Shown: in pieces, positions 1 through 12,980 of the stretch
Numbering within the stretch: the first letter of the stretch is position 1
Layout of the letters: each line of letters opens with the position of its first letter
From: Raja brachyura
Lineage: Eukaryota
DNA: 64,000 nucleotides
NCBI GenBank assembly: GCA_963514005.1
Contig: OY740783.1
Coordinates: 128,588,001-128,652,000, forward strand
Direction: 5' to 3'
Notes under the pieces: generated by a model
Databases searched by the model: none
Told to the model about the DNA's origin: nothing
What the model saw: the letters and a program-made list of their open reading frames with translations, nothing else
Made by a program: the position numbers and the translations under genes

Positions 1-1379
1 TAGGTTGCTCCCATGTGATGCAAAGCGATCAAACTCATTATGCGACCGCTCCTTATTCAAGTAGCAGCTGAGCACCAACAGAACAAAGGAACTGTAAAGT
101 AGGACTGCAAATTATATTTTTTAATGTAAACCGTTGGCACGAAGATGCAGCAAAATACGTGTCATAGAGCATTCATCCACAGGTGCTGCGATGCAATACA
201 GAATTTTATTTATAGCATTTGTAAAGCATTTTCCCGTAAACGACCATTCACTTAACATGCACGCATTGATAATTTGATCCTGGATTTCCCGTGGAGCTCC
301 CTTTCAAAATAAAAGAGAATCATTCTTGGGCAGCGGTCTACATGGTGTAAATCACAGGGAACTTTCTAGACCACATCGTATACAAGTCAGATACAACAGC
401 AGCATTAATATCTCCTCCTTCGGCAGCATGCCACATACATGGTTAGTGTAGAGAAAGCTGGGACTTTGCATCAGGACTTAGATAGGTCGCGAGAGTGGGC
501 AGGGAAGTGGCAGATGGAATATGGAGTAGCCAAGTGTTGAGTCATGCATTGTGACAAGATGGATTCTTGATTGGTACGAGTGTCAGGGGTTGTGGAGAGA
601 AGGCATGAGAATGGGGTTAGGTGGAGAGCGATGGCAAGTCTACTCTGCCATGATTGAATGGCAGAGTAGACTTGATGGGCCGAATGGCCTCATTCTGCAC
701 CTATCATTTATGACATGGTGGCCGCTTATCTATACATGCTGCGATGTAATATTGTATTTGGAACCTTCCTACTGCTTTTCCCACACACAGTTGTAATCAC
801 TTGACATTTAACCATTAACAACTTTTTTCTGGATTTCGCTTGGAGCTCCTCTTCAAGACAAAAGTGAATGGTTCCTGTGCAGCGATCTAAAATATGTAAA
901 TCACCAGGAACTGTCTATTTGTGAGTGAATACAATTCGGATACAGCAGCGGCATGAATATATTTCAATTGTTGGCACTTCATGAAGAAAATGATAATAAA
1001 ATATAACGTATAACGTGCTAAATGACCATAAATAAATATTGATAAGGAATATCCATGGCCAAAAGGTTATCTTTTAAGCAATGTTTTTGTCAACAAAACA
1101 GACAGAGAAACAGCGTGTGACGTTATTCCAGACATTAGGGCGAAATCATCGGAATGCATTGATAATGCATTGATGTGGATTGACTTACCACAGAATGCTG
1201 TGGAAGCCAAGTCGGTGGAAATTTATGAGGCAGAGATACACAGATTCTTGATTAGTACGAGAGTCAGGGGTTATGGGGAGAGATATATCAGCCGTGATTG
1301 AATGGCGGAGTAGACTTGATGGGCCGAATGGGTCACCAAGAACAAACCTATCGAATTTAGCTTCTTTAAAAGAGTGGAT

Positions 1380-2410
1380 ACAATAGACAATAGACAATAG
1401 GTGCAGGAGTAGGCCATTCGGCCCTTCGAGCCAGCACCGCCATTCACTGTGATCATGGCTGATCGTCCACAATCAGTACCCCGTTCGTGCCTTCTCCCCA
1501 TATCCCTTGACACCGACATCTTTGCGAGCTCTGTCCAACTCTCTCTTGAAAGCATCCAGAGAATTGGCCTCCACTGCCTTCCGAGGCAGAAAATTCCGCA
1601 AATTCACAACCCTCTGTGTGAAAAAGTTTTTTCTCATTTCCGTTCTAATTGGCGTACCATTTATTCTTAAACTGTGGCACCTGGTTCTGGATTTCCCCAT
1701 CATCGGGAACATGGTCCCTGCCTATAGCGTGTCCAAACCCTTGATAATCTTATCGGTTTCAATATGATACCCTCTCATCCGTCAAATTTCCAGTGTATAC
1801 AAGCCCAGCGGCTCCATTCTATCAACATATGACAGTTCCGTCATCCCGGCGATTAACGTCGTGAACCTATGCTGCCTTCCTCAATAGCTAGAATGTTCTT
1901 CCTCAAATTTGGAGTCCAAAAATGCACATGATACTCCAGGTGTGGTCTCACTATGGACATGAACAACTGCAGAAGGACCTCCTTGCTCCTATACTCAACT
2001 CCTCTAGTGGTGATGGCCAGCATGCCATTCGATTACTTCACTGCCTGCTTTACATGCATGCTTATTCTCCTGTCCCACTTAGGAAACCTGAACGGAAACC
2101 TCTGGAGACTTTGCGCCCCTCCCAAGGTTTCCGTGCGGTTCCCGGAGGTCCCCGGAGGGTTTTGTCAATCTCCCTAATGGTCGAAAGTGGTTTCCGTTTT
2201 AAAAATCGGTATTTTTTTGATCGAAGCCTGTTACGATGCTAGTTGAATGTGGTTGCCGGAGTACACAATGCATGCGTGCTTACTTTCAGTGACTGATGAG
2301 GACGCCCAGATCTCGTTGTAATTCTCATTTTCCCAACTTGACACGATTCAGATTAGAATCTGGCTTCCTGATTTTCCTACCAAAGTGGATAACCTCACAG
2401 TTATCCACAT
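1380..2410 (-). mobile_element. CR1 3' fragment interrupted by a short insertion (~2068-2270, possible MITE)
   Basis: (CAATAGA)n tail, ORF2 C-terminal peptide; duplicate at 28410-29185. Confidence 0.85.
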
Positions 2411-3084
2411 AGCACGTTGTTAACAACGAAAAGCATAGATTAGACTGGAGGGAATGCTGTTGAATCTCCATTGTGCTTGGAACGTCAATGGGTGTCCTGA
2501 ATTGTGGGAGTGCAACCGGTCACGTTTTGCATCTCTTATAGATAAAGAAAACTGAAGATGCTGGTCAACAACGGTATACCTTGCAAGCGAATGGGTGGCA
2601 TGTTTAGGAGATCATCAATGATAACATCCTCTTATTAACCTCATCTCACGTGAATAACTCATCATTCAGACTGGTGGAGGTTGTCACATTGTAGGAACGG
2701 CATCATCCCTGATACGCAAGTAGCCGAAATGCAGCTATTCTTCCGTCGTAGGTAGTGTAGTTACCATCCAGTTTTAAGAATTTGAGAAGAGCGTTTCGCT
2801 GACCGGAAATCGAACATGGGCCGCGGCGATGAGAGCGCCGAATAATAACGACCAGACCACCTGAGAACACGTGGAAGCTGCTGCAACAGAGGCGCAGCAA
2901 TGATGCCACACCAATGATTCATTTTGGGAGTTCGCTTCCAGTAGCTAATCTGGTGGTAAAATATCTGTAAATCGAGGCAGCGCTGGGCAGATTGAACAGC
3001 GGATTTCGGCCATTCAGCCCATCGACATTACGGCTGCTCTGTTTTCCCTTTGAACTCAATTTGCCTGCCTTCTACCTGTAACGT

Positions 3085-3930
3085 AGATACATGGAAACTT
3101 ATAAAATAGGTGCAGGAGTAGGTATTTCGGCCCTTCGAGCCAGCACCGCCATTCAATATGATCATGGCTGATCATTTAAATAAGTACCCCGTTCCCTGCT
3201 TTCTCTCATATTCTTTGATTCTCCTAGCCCTGAGATCTATATCTAACTCTCACTTGACAACACCCAGTGAATTGGCGTGCACAGCATCCTGTGGCAGAGA
3301 ATGCCACAGGTTCACAACTCTCTGCGTGAAAATGGTTTTTCATCATCTCAGTTCTCAATGGCCTATCCCTTATTCTTAAATTGTGATCCCTGGTTCTGGA
3401 GCCCCCAACGTGGGGAACATCTATTCTGCATCTAGGCTGCCCAATCGCTTAAGAATTGTACATGATTCTGTAAGATCTGCTCTCATCCTTTTAAATTCCA
3501 GTGACTATAATCCCAGCAGATCTTTTATTTCATCATCGGTCACTCCCGCTATCCCGGGAATTAACCTGGTGAATCTGCGATGCACTCACTCAATAGTAAG
3601 AATATCCTTCCTCAAATCAGGAGACCAAAACTGCACGCAATACTCCAGGTGCGGTCTCACTGCCTGCTATACCTGCATGTTTACTTTCAGCGACTGATGT
3701 GCAAGGACACCCAGGTCTCGTTGCTCCTCCCGTTTTCCTAATCTGACACCATTCACATTATAACCTGCCTTCTTGTTTTTGCCACCAAAGTGAATAAGCT
3801 CACATGTATCCACATTATGCGCCACCTGCCATGCACCTGGCCACTCACCCAACTTATCCAAGTCACCCTGCAACCGCATAGCATCCTCCTCGCAGGAAAT
3901 ACTGCCACCCAACTTTGTGTTATCCGCAAT
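3085..3930 (-). mobile_element. CR1 3' fragment
   Basis: 3' tail and RT C-terminal peptide (RLQGDLDKLGEW); partly duplicated at 29575-29968. Confidence 0.85.
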
Positions 3931-4023
3931 ACCATGAAGCCCTTACTCACCAAGCACCGATCTGCTCTGATGTTCAGCACATTGGTCAACGTGAGTTGTT
4001 TTTAAATGTGCAATACAAAAAAC

Positions 4024-4097
<74 letters not shown>
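4024..4097 (+). repeat. (GATT)n microsatellite, probable LINE tail
   Basis: Perfect tetranucleotide run after an AATACAAAAA-like signal. Confidence 0.95.
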
Positions 4098-4259
4098 ATC
4101 AATAGCTCCTTTAAAAATTGCCATAAAGTCTCCTCACGCGTTAACCCTTTCATCCTTTCCTCCAAAAGACTACAACTACCAGATGATCTCTTAGATTATC
4201 AGGGTGGGAGCGGAAGGCACGTAATCCCTCAACGTAACGCCTCATAAAATAAGGATCAA

Positions 4260-7210
4260 AACCAGGGCAAAAATCAAAAAGGGCCACTTTTCAACAAAAT
4301 TGTATGAGGGATAAGAGCGTTGTAAAAACAAGCCTGAAGGCTTTGTGTCTCAATGCAAGGAGTATTCGTAATAAGGTGGAGGAGTTGAACGTGCAAATAG
4401 CTATTAATGATTATGATATAGTTGGGATCACGGAGACATGGCTCCAGGGTGACCAAGGCTGGGAGATGAACATCCAGGGATATTCAATTTTCAGGAGGGA
4501 TAGAGAGAAAGGAAAAGGAGGTGGGGTAGCGTTGCTGGTTAGAGAGGAGATTAATGCAATGGAAAGGAAGGACATTGGCTTGGAGCATGTGGAATCGGTA
4601 TGGGTAGAGCTGCGAAAAACTAAGGGGCAGAAAACTCTGGTGGGTGTTGTGTACAGGCCACCTAACAGTAGTAGTGAAGTTGGGGATGGTATCAAACAGG
4701 AAATTAGAAATGCATGCGAGAAAGGCAAAACAGTTATAATGGGTCATTTCAATTTACATATAGATTGGGTGAATCAAATTGGCAGGGGCGCTGAGGAAGA
4801 GGATTTTTTGGAATGTATGCGGGATAGTTATCTAAATCAACATGTAGAGGAACCAACGAGAGAGCAGGCTATTTTAGACTCGGTATTGAGTAATGAGGAA
4901 GGGTTAGTTAGCAATCTTGTTGTGCGTGCCCCCTAGGGCAAGAGGGACCATAATATGTTCGAGTTCTTTATTAGGATGGAGAGTGACATTGTTAATTCAG
5001 AAGCAATGGTTCTGAACTTAAACAAAGGTAACTTTGAGGGTATGATACGTGAATTGGCCAAGATTGACTGGCAATCGATTCTAAAAGGGTTGACGGTGGA
5101 TATGCAATGGAAGACATTTAAAGACTGCATGGATGAACTACAAAAAATGTTCATCCCAGTTTGGCAAAAGAATAAATCAGGGAAGGTAGTCCATCAGTAG
5201 ATAACAAGGGAAATCAGGGATAGTATCAAAGCAAAGGATGATTCGTACAAAGTAGCCAGAAAAAGCAGCAGACCAGTGGACTGGGAGAAATTCAGAGACC
5301 AGCAGATGAGGACAAAGGGCTTGATTAGGAAAGGAAAAATAGACTATGAACGAAAACTGGCAGGGAACATAAAAACTGACTGCAAACGTTTTTATAGATA
5401 TGTGAAGAGAAAGAGATTAGTTAAAACAAATGTAGGTCCCTTGCAGTGAGAAACATGTGAGTTGATCATGGGGAACAACGATATGGCGGACCAATTGAAT
5501 AACTACTTTGGTTCCGTCTTCACTAAGGAAGACATAAATAATCTGCCGGAAATAGCAGGGGACCGCGGGTCAAAGGAGGACTTGAGTGAAATCCAGGTTA
5601 GTCGGGAAGCGGTGTTGGGTAAATTGAATCGATTAAAGCCCGATAAATCCCGAGGGCCAGATAGGCTGCATCCCAGAGTACTTAAGGAAGTAGCTCCAGA
5701 AATAGTGGATGCATTAGTGATAATCTTTCAAAACTCTTTAGATTCTGAGGATTGGCGGGTAGCAAACGTAAACCCTCTTTTTAAGAAGGGAGGGAGAGAG
5801 AAAACGGGGAATTACAGACCAGTTAGTCTACCATCGGTAGTGGGGAAACTGCTAGAGTCAGTTATTAAAGATGGGATAGCTGCACATTTGGAAAGTGGTG
5901 AAATCATTGGACAAAGTCAGCATGGATTTACGAAAGGTAAATCATGTCTGACGAATCTTGTGGAATTTTTCGAGGATGTAAATAGTAGCGTGGATAGGGG
6001 AGAACCAGTGGATGTGGTGTATCTGGACTTCCAGAAGACTTTCAACAAGGTCCCACACAAGAGATTAGTATACAAACTTACAGCATACGGCATTGGGGGT
6101 TCAGTATTGATGTGGATAGAGAACTGGCTGGCAAACAGGAAGCAAAGTGTAGGAGTAAACGGGTCGTTTTCACAATGGCAGGCAGTGACGAGTGAGGTGC
6201 CGCTAGGCTCAGGGCTGGGACCCCAGCTATTTACAATATACATTAATGATCAGGATGAGGGAATTGAAGGCAATATCTCCAAGTTTGCGGATGACACTAT
6301 GCTGGGGCGCAGTGTTAGATGTGAGGAGGATGCTAGGAGACTGCAAGGTGACTTGGATAGGCTGGGTGAGTGGGCAAATGTTTGGCAGATGCAGTATAAT
6401 GTGGATAAATGTGAGATTATCCACTTTGGTGTCAAAAATAGGAAAGCAGACTATTATCTGAATGGTGGCCGATTAGGAAAAGGGGAGATGCAGGGCGACC
6501 TGGGTGTCATGGTACACCAGTCATTGAAAGTAGGCAGGCAGGTGCAGCAGGCAGTGAAGAAAGCGAATGCTATGTTAGCTTTCACAGCAAAAGGATTTGA
6601 GTATAGCACCAGGGAGGTACTACTTCAGTTGTATAGGGTCTTGGTGAGACCACACCTGGAGTATTGCGTACAGTACTGGTCTCCAAATCTGAGGAAGGAC
6701 ATTATTGCCATTGAGGGAGTGCAGAGGAGGTTCACCAGACTGATTCCTGGGATGTCAGGACTGTCTTATGAGGAAAGACAGGATAGACTCGGTTTATGCT
6801 CTCCAGAATTTAGGAGATTGAGAGGGGATCTTGTAGAAACTTACACAATTCTTAATGGGTTGGACAGGCTAGATGCACGAAGATTGTTCCCGATGTTGGG
6901 GATGTCCAGGACAAGGGGTCACAGCTTAAGGATAAGGGGGAAATCCTTTAGGGCCGAGATGAGAAGGACTTTTTTCACACAGAGAGTGGTGGGTCTCTGG
7001 AACTCTCTGCCACAGAGGGTAGTTGAGGCCAGTTCATTGGCTATATTTAAGAGGGAGTTACATGTGGCCCTTGTGGCTAAGGGGATCAGAGAGTATGGAG
7101 AGAAGGCAGGTACGGGATACTCAGTTGGATGATCAGCCATGATCATATTGAATGGCGGTGCAGGCTCGAAGGGCCGAATGGCCTACTCCTGCACCTACTT
7201 TCTATGTTTC
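4260..7210 (+). mobile_element. CR1-clade (HER1-like) LINE with complete but dead ORF2
   Basis: ORFs 4304, 4955 and 5462 share one frame, broken by stops at 4934, 5198 and 5447. EN (NARSI, GITETW, YRPP), RT (FADD, RPHLEY), typical 3' tail GAATGGCCTACTCCTGCACCT. ORF1 absent. Confidence 0.95.
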
Positions 7211-10200
7211 GAACTGGTAAGTTCTCGTTTAATCTTATTATTTTACTTCGGAGTAACGTGAGTGACTACGTCAAGATTTCAAAGCTCTGTGTTTTCATGG
7301 CGTAGATGTACTCCATACGAAAAACCGCTTTGGTTGACACAGTAGTGAATAGATAAGGTATTGAACATTGCTTCAAATATTCAATAACTATTTTAAATAA
7401 TAATTAAAAAAATCAGCAATAACCCCTCGATCCCAGGGGGAAATTACCAACAATGATATAAAACAAAGCAAATGAAGTAAATGGAACCCAAAACAGCATG
7501 CCCAAACCGTGGCACTGTCTGTACAGGTTTGTCATAAAATTGTGACAAACTGCGGCCGTGAGGATTTGGTCTAGCGGCATGTCCTGAGCCTTTGCCGCGG
7601 ATGTTGAAGCCGCCTTGGTGGAGTGAGATTTAAATGCATGAGTGTCGACTCCAGCATAATTGAGAACCTGTTTCATCCATCTCGAAATAGATTGTACTGA
7701 CACTCCTTATATGGCTTTTTGTGACTAATGAGCAGTGTTGTCTCAGAACCTCTGAGACTCCTTGTTAACTCAGGATGTTGCCTTAAGTGTTTATCTACAC
7801 ATAACATTTGGTCAACAGGATATGCTTTAAACATCACCTTGGTTCCTGCCATACCTGGCCTGCTTTGTTTGATTAAATCATAGACATAACATGTAATGTC
7901 ATCTGCAGACAAATGCATACAATCCATTCGTAACAATTGTAATGTTTGTACACGTTTTGCTGAAACCAGCGCCATTAGCATAACCACTTCTAGAGTTAAT
8001 CTCTGCATAGATAATAACACAATTGGAGCCCATTGCCGAAGCAGTGTGAGAACTATACCGATATCCCAGATCTCTGTATACCTGGGTTTAGGAGGGTTTT
8101 TGTTAAAAGTTCCTCTCATAAATCGGGATACTAACGGATGAGCCCCGTTTCGTTGTTGTCCTGAGGACAGCCCTAAATAGGAGGACAAAGCACTCCGAGC
8201 ACTGTTTATAGCACTATAACTCAAGTGCTCACCAAAATGCAATTTAGCAAGGAACTCCAACACATCACTTATGCTTGCAGTATGGTAAGATATATTTGAT
8301 TGTACACAGAACATCTCCCATTTCATTATGTCAATCACATATTGTTTTTTAGTACTATTCCTCCAGGCTGCAGTGATAACCTCCATGGTCCTGTTGGACA
8401 ATCCAAGGCCTTGGAATGGTCTGTTCAGAACCTGCAGACCATCAAATTGATACGATCATGTAATGGGTGACTTTCCCCTGTAACCGGATGCACCAACAAA
8501 TTAATGCAGCTGGGAATCATCATGAATGGCTGAGCCATCATTCTGACTACCAATGGGAACCATGGTTGTGTTAGCCAATCTGGGACCACCAAAACGCCTG
8601 TGGCGGAGTCACGCTCTATTTTGGTTAGACATTTCGTAATCAGACAAAAAAGAGGAAAAGCATAAAAGAATGAGTGTCCCCAATGAAACGAAAATGCATC
8701 CACAGCTACTGCTCCTGGATATGGCTCGCATTAAACATCTTTAGGCAACTGGTGATTCAGTCTGGATGCAAACAGATCAATATCTGGCAACCTAAATCGA
8801 GTGAGAATAGTTTAAAAGATTTTAGAATTCAACATTCATTCTATATTGTCATTAGATTTTCGTGACCTATGGTCTGCCACCACACTGTCTACCCCTGGTA
8901 GATAGATGCTGAAACCCAGATGTTTCACGAAATACACCAATGCCATATGAGATTAGCCATGCTATCACATGAAACTGATTTTGCTCATCCCATATGATTA
9001 ATATATGCCACTGCCGTGGTGTTATCAATCTGGAGTTGAACGTGTAAATTATTCATTGTGGAGTAATATGCCTTTAACTCATAAAATGCCCCCCATAATT
9101 CCAAATAATTTTTCCCTTGTGTGTGTAGAATCAAACCTTCTTGTTCATACCATCTACCCCCACAGCTCGACTCAATGTCCGTAGCCCCCCATCCGAGAGA
9201 ACTTACATCAGTCTGTAAGATCATTGAAAGTTCCTGCACCAAAACGTTATTGGTAGCTTGACTAACATTAACAATCCACCACTGCAATTCTGCTAGAACT
9301 ATGGTTGGTAACTGCACAACCCGATCAAAATGACCTGCATGCTCTTTTAGTGATTGTTATCTTGCTCTTTGCAAATATTGATAATCCAAAGGACCGAACT
9401 GTACTGCAGGGAAAGCTGCTACCAATTTCCCAATGACTTTATCGGGATAAAGTTTTTGCGTGAGGCAAATACAGACATCAGCAATATCAACAACCTATGC
9501 TGTTGGTAATGTGACTGTCATATCACTGAATCAATAAGAAATTCCAAATACTCAATATTTTGGGTTGGCTGTAATTTAGACTTAGTTGGATGGACCAAAA
9601 ATCCTAATGTTTCAAACACATTTTTGGTTACTGCAACCGACTCCTCAGCTGATTCTTTAGTGTTGTTGATAATTAAGATATCATCTAAATTAGCCGTGAC
9701 AATGTGATTATGGGCCCTCGATAGCCCCAGCACTGGCTTTAACAATTTAGTAAATAGCCCAGGTGCTGAACTTAATTCATTAGGCAATGCTTTGTATTGC
9801 CACAACTGTCCCATCCAAATAAATATCAAGTACCTGCGATTATGAGCATGAATTGGCACTGAATAATACGCATCTTGCAAATCAATAGTTGCCATTTAAC
9901 AACCTTGTGCGCAACTGTTTTGCAGTAACGAAGGTGTCCATTCTAAAATGTCTACAGAGAACTGAAGAATTTAAGTGAGTGAGGTCCAGAATTACTCTAC
10001 AACCCCCATCTTTCTTAGGTCTGTGGAATATATTAGACACAAATTGTTGAGGATGAGTAATGGCTTTCTCAATCACTCCTTTTTGGCATAAATTCTTAAT
10101 CTCATCGTTAACCTGTTCAGTCTCTGGAACAGAAAACACGAACATTTTATTTGGCTTGTGCTGCTGAGGTGGATCTATCCCTGAGATAAACTCAATGGTA

Positions 10201-11786
10201 GAACCTGATACAGCATTTAGTATAAACATTTCACATGTTATGCGGCACCATTCATTGTAAAACAATTGTAATCTACCTCCAATTGGAGGTTGTGCATCAG
10301 AACCTTTAATAAGAGTTCCCTGTACCTCTGTAGGTGGCCTGTGAGCCTGTTGTCTGCTCATATTGGGGTTGAAGTCACTCTGTCTTGGTGGGTAACCTCG
10401 TTGCCCCACTGGCCTCCCCCTGCTCGGTCCAGCACCTGGATCTGACCTTCGGTACACAAACCCAGGTTTGGGAATAGGTGGCCGTGATATCCTTGGCTTC
10501 ATCAAACCAATTGTTTTTGCCTCATCATCAATATATCAATATATTTGTTTGACAAGGTCCGTTCCAAACAGGAACTCAGGCGTTTGTATATTTGTCGCCT
10601 TACATAGAGCAGCAAACATTTGATTGAGAGTTGGCTTGATGGCGATTTTTCTCACACAATTTACTTCAAAGAATGCATTGCATAATAGAGCCAACATATC
10701 TTTTTGAGTTTGAGTAATCATGGTCCCTTTGACCATTGCGCCAAATGCAGTAATTGCTGCAGACACCAGTTGGAGGAACTGTTAATACCGAACCTCCTGT
10801 CCCCTCATAGAAGGACTCATGGGTGCCCAGATTACTGGGTTCACCGTGGGCACTTTCAGTGATGCACAGTTACAGGTGTCTTATATTTATAAGTAGTCCC
10901 TTGCATCATAAATTGCTGGAGCTGATGACACTAAATAATTGATATTGTTGACAAGTTACACCTCCATTTCCTCACCAGTCCCCCCCCCGGAAGAGCAAAC
11001 TCATTGCAATATCCGGGACACCCAGAGCGTGGCTCTTGTGCTCTGGTGTTTGCACATAAGCAGGGACACCAGACATAGGGTCAGCTGCATCCTGCCCTGC
11101 TTCTCCCAAGTCATATTGTAGGGAGGCATCCTCCAGTCCTAACCAAGGCGCTGGCAGGAAATCCCCTTGCTGATAGTCCACATATTCCTCTTGATATGGG
11201 CCTTGTTAAACATCTGTCTGGGGAATCACTGGGCCCTTAGACCCTTGATTTATCAAAGTTTGAAGCATCTTCTCCATATTTTGCATCCTCCCCCACATTC
11301 ATTTATTATCTGGAGTCACCTTCTTCTTCAGACTCGTCTAACAACACGGGTCTGATAGATTTTTTTTTTTTGCCTTTCTATGGCTATCGGTGGCCTGAGG
11401 CTCCTGAGTCCCTGGAGCTGGTATAGAAAGTTCACTCTCTAATATAACGGCTGTCGGAAAAACGGCACTCGGTATCGGAACCGGCATTGCCGCGCTATCT
11501 CCCGACCCGATCTAAGTTGTGAATCCACATTACTGGACCCAAGCTACTATGAACTTTCCTACCTGACCGCTCCATACCACCAACTCCTACTGATTGCTCG
11601 AGCCAGCTTTACGGAGTTAAACATTCCCAGGCAAAGTTTTCAAAACCGCTTACCTGCGAAGTTTCTACTTACCGCTGGTGGAGGTGCGCCCTCCAGCCTG
11701 TTCAGTGCGACATGCGCGGACGTAATGGCGCACATGCGCCTGGCGGGGCTTCTTCACGTAGTCACTCACCTGACTCCGAAGTAAAA
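7211..11786 (-). mobile_element. DIRS-type tyrosine-recombinase retrotransposon (decayed)
   Basis: Order gag (~9882-10800), RT (IDLQDAY..NLDD), RNase H (LQTDVSSLGWGA, DNTTAVAYIN), methyltransferase-like (DAFSFHW..FYAFP), recombinase (SAKRVQ..L, HSTKAASTS). 36-bp complementary segments at 7241-7276 and 11751-11786 (33/36 match). Confidence 0.92.
7413..8401 (-). pseudogene. DIRS tyrosine recombinase, frameshifted
   Basis: Two overlapping ORFs (7673-8401, 7413-7703); HSTR motif reads HSTK. Confidence 0.85.
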
Positions 11787-12439
11787 TTATGTCTTTGGTA
11801 CTCCCGCACCAGCACTTCCAGGTGAGTTTTAACATTCGATTTCCGAAATATCTCCCCGTTTAGAAAACGGACTATGACTTTATTACTTCTACCAAATTGC
11901 ATGCCCCTTGCACTTTTCTCGTGGTTTACCATTTGTCACTTCTTTGCCCTCTATGCCAATACGTTCAATTCCCACTGCATGGTCCTGCTTCTTGAACACT
12001 GCCTTGCAATCCACCAACTGTGTGTCATCCGCACACATGACCATACACAAAAGATCTGCACCTGCTATTTGCCTCTCAGCAATCGTTCTGAGAGTTGTCG
12101 ATGTGAGAGTTGTCGCGGATGTGCGATTTGTCGACATTGATGTCATTTGATCGTGCAACCTGGGTCTGGGCTCTGATTTGGCCTTGTCACCTGACGTCCA
12201 ATGATCCCACCTGCACGTGCCGGGGGGCGGGGGTGGGTGTGGGGGGGGGGGGGGGGGGGTGGGGGTGCAGTATTGAAATTGCATTCCCTCCAAATTGGAG
12301 CTGGTATTCGGGATTTTCTTCTCAATCTGTTAATCGGTGGATCTTTCGCCCACAGCATGTGGAGAAGAACCGAAAGGAATTTAACAGATCGTGCAAATGG
12401 ATCGAGCTTCTACTAATGGGACATCACAGCGATGGACCT

Positions 12440-12980
12440 TTACAGTCTTTCCAGGTGAGGTAGCAGTTCACTTGCACCTCCAGCAACCTTATTGACTGTA
12501 TCCGCTGTTCCAGTTGTGGACTCCAGTTTATCGGCGAGACCAAGCGCAGTGTCGGCGATCGTTCCGCTGAACAACTCTGCTCAATCCGCCTAAACCTACC
12601 TGATCTCCCGGTTTCTCAACACTTTAATTCGCATTCTCATTCGCACACTGACCTTGCTGTCTTGTGCCTCCTCCTTTGTCATAATGAGTCCTAGTGCGAA
12701 TTGAAGGAACAGCACCTCATATTTCGCTTGGGCAGCTTACACTCCAGCGGTATGAACATTGACTTCTCTAACGTCAAGCAGCCCTTGCTTTCCCTCTCTT
12801 TCCCTCCCCTCCTCTTTCCCAGTTCTCCGACCAGTCTTACTGCCTCCAACAGAATTTTATCTCTGTACCGCCCACTCTACTGATATAAGTCTGAAGAAGT
12901 GTCTCGACTCGAAACGTCACCCATTCCTTCTCTCCAGAGATGCTACCTGTCTCGCTTAGTTACTCTAGCATTCTGTGCCT
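12440..12980 (+). mobile_element. Penelope-like 3' fragment (GIY-YIG) with terminal repeat
   Basis: FQVR..FTCTSSNLI.CIRCS.CGL.FIGETKR, EQHLIFRLGSL; paralogous copy at 30165-30700. Confidence 0.8.
12889..12920 (+). ncRNA. Minimal hammerhead-like motif (paralog)
   Basis: CTGAAGA-A-GTGTC-TC-GACTC-GAAAC-GTC; stem I only ~2 bp. Confidence 0.5.

Noticed and set aside
11889-12293. 134-aa minus-strand ORF
   Set aside because: Poly-Pro from a G-run plus an old CR1 RT scrap (CADDTQL).
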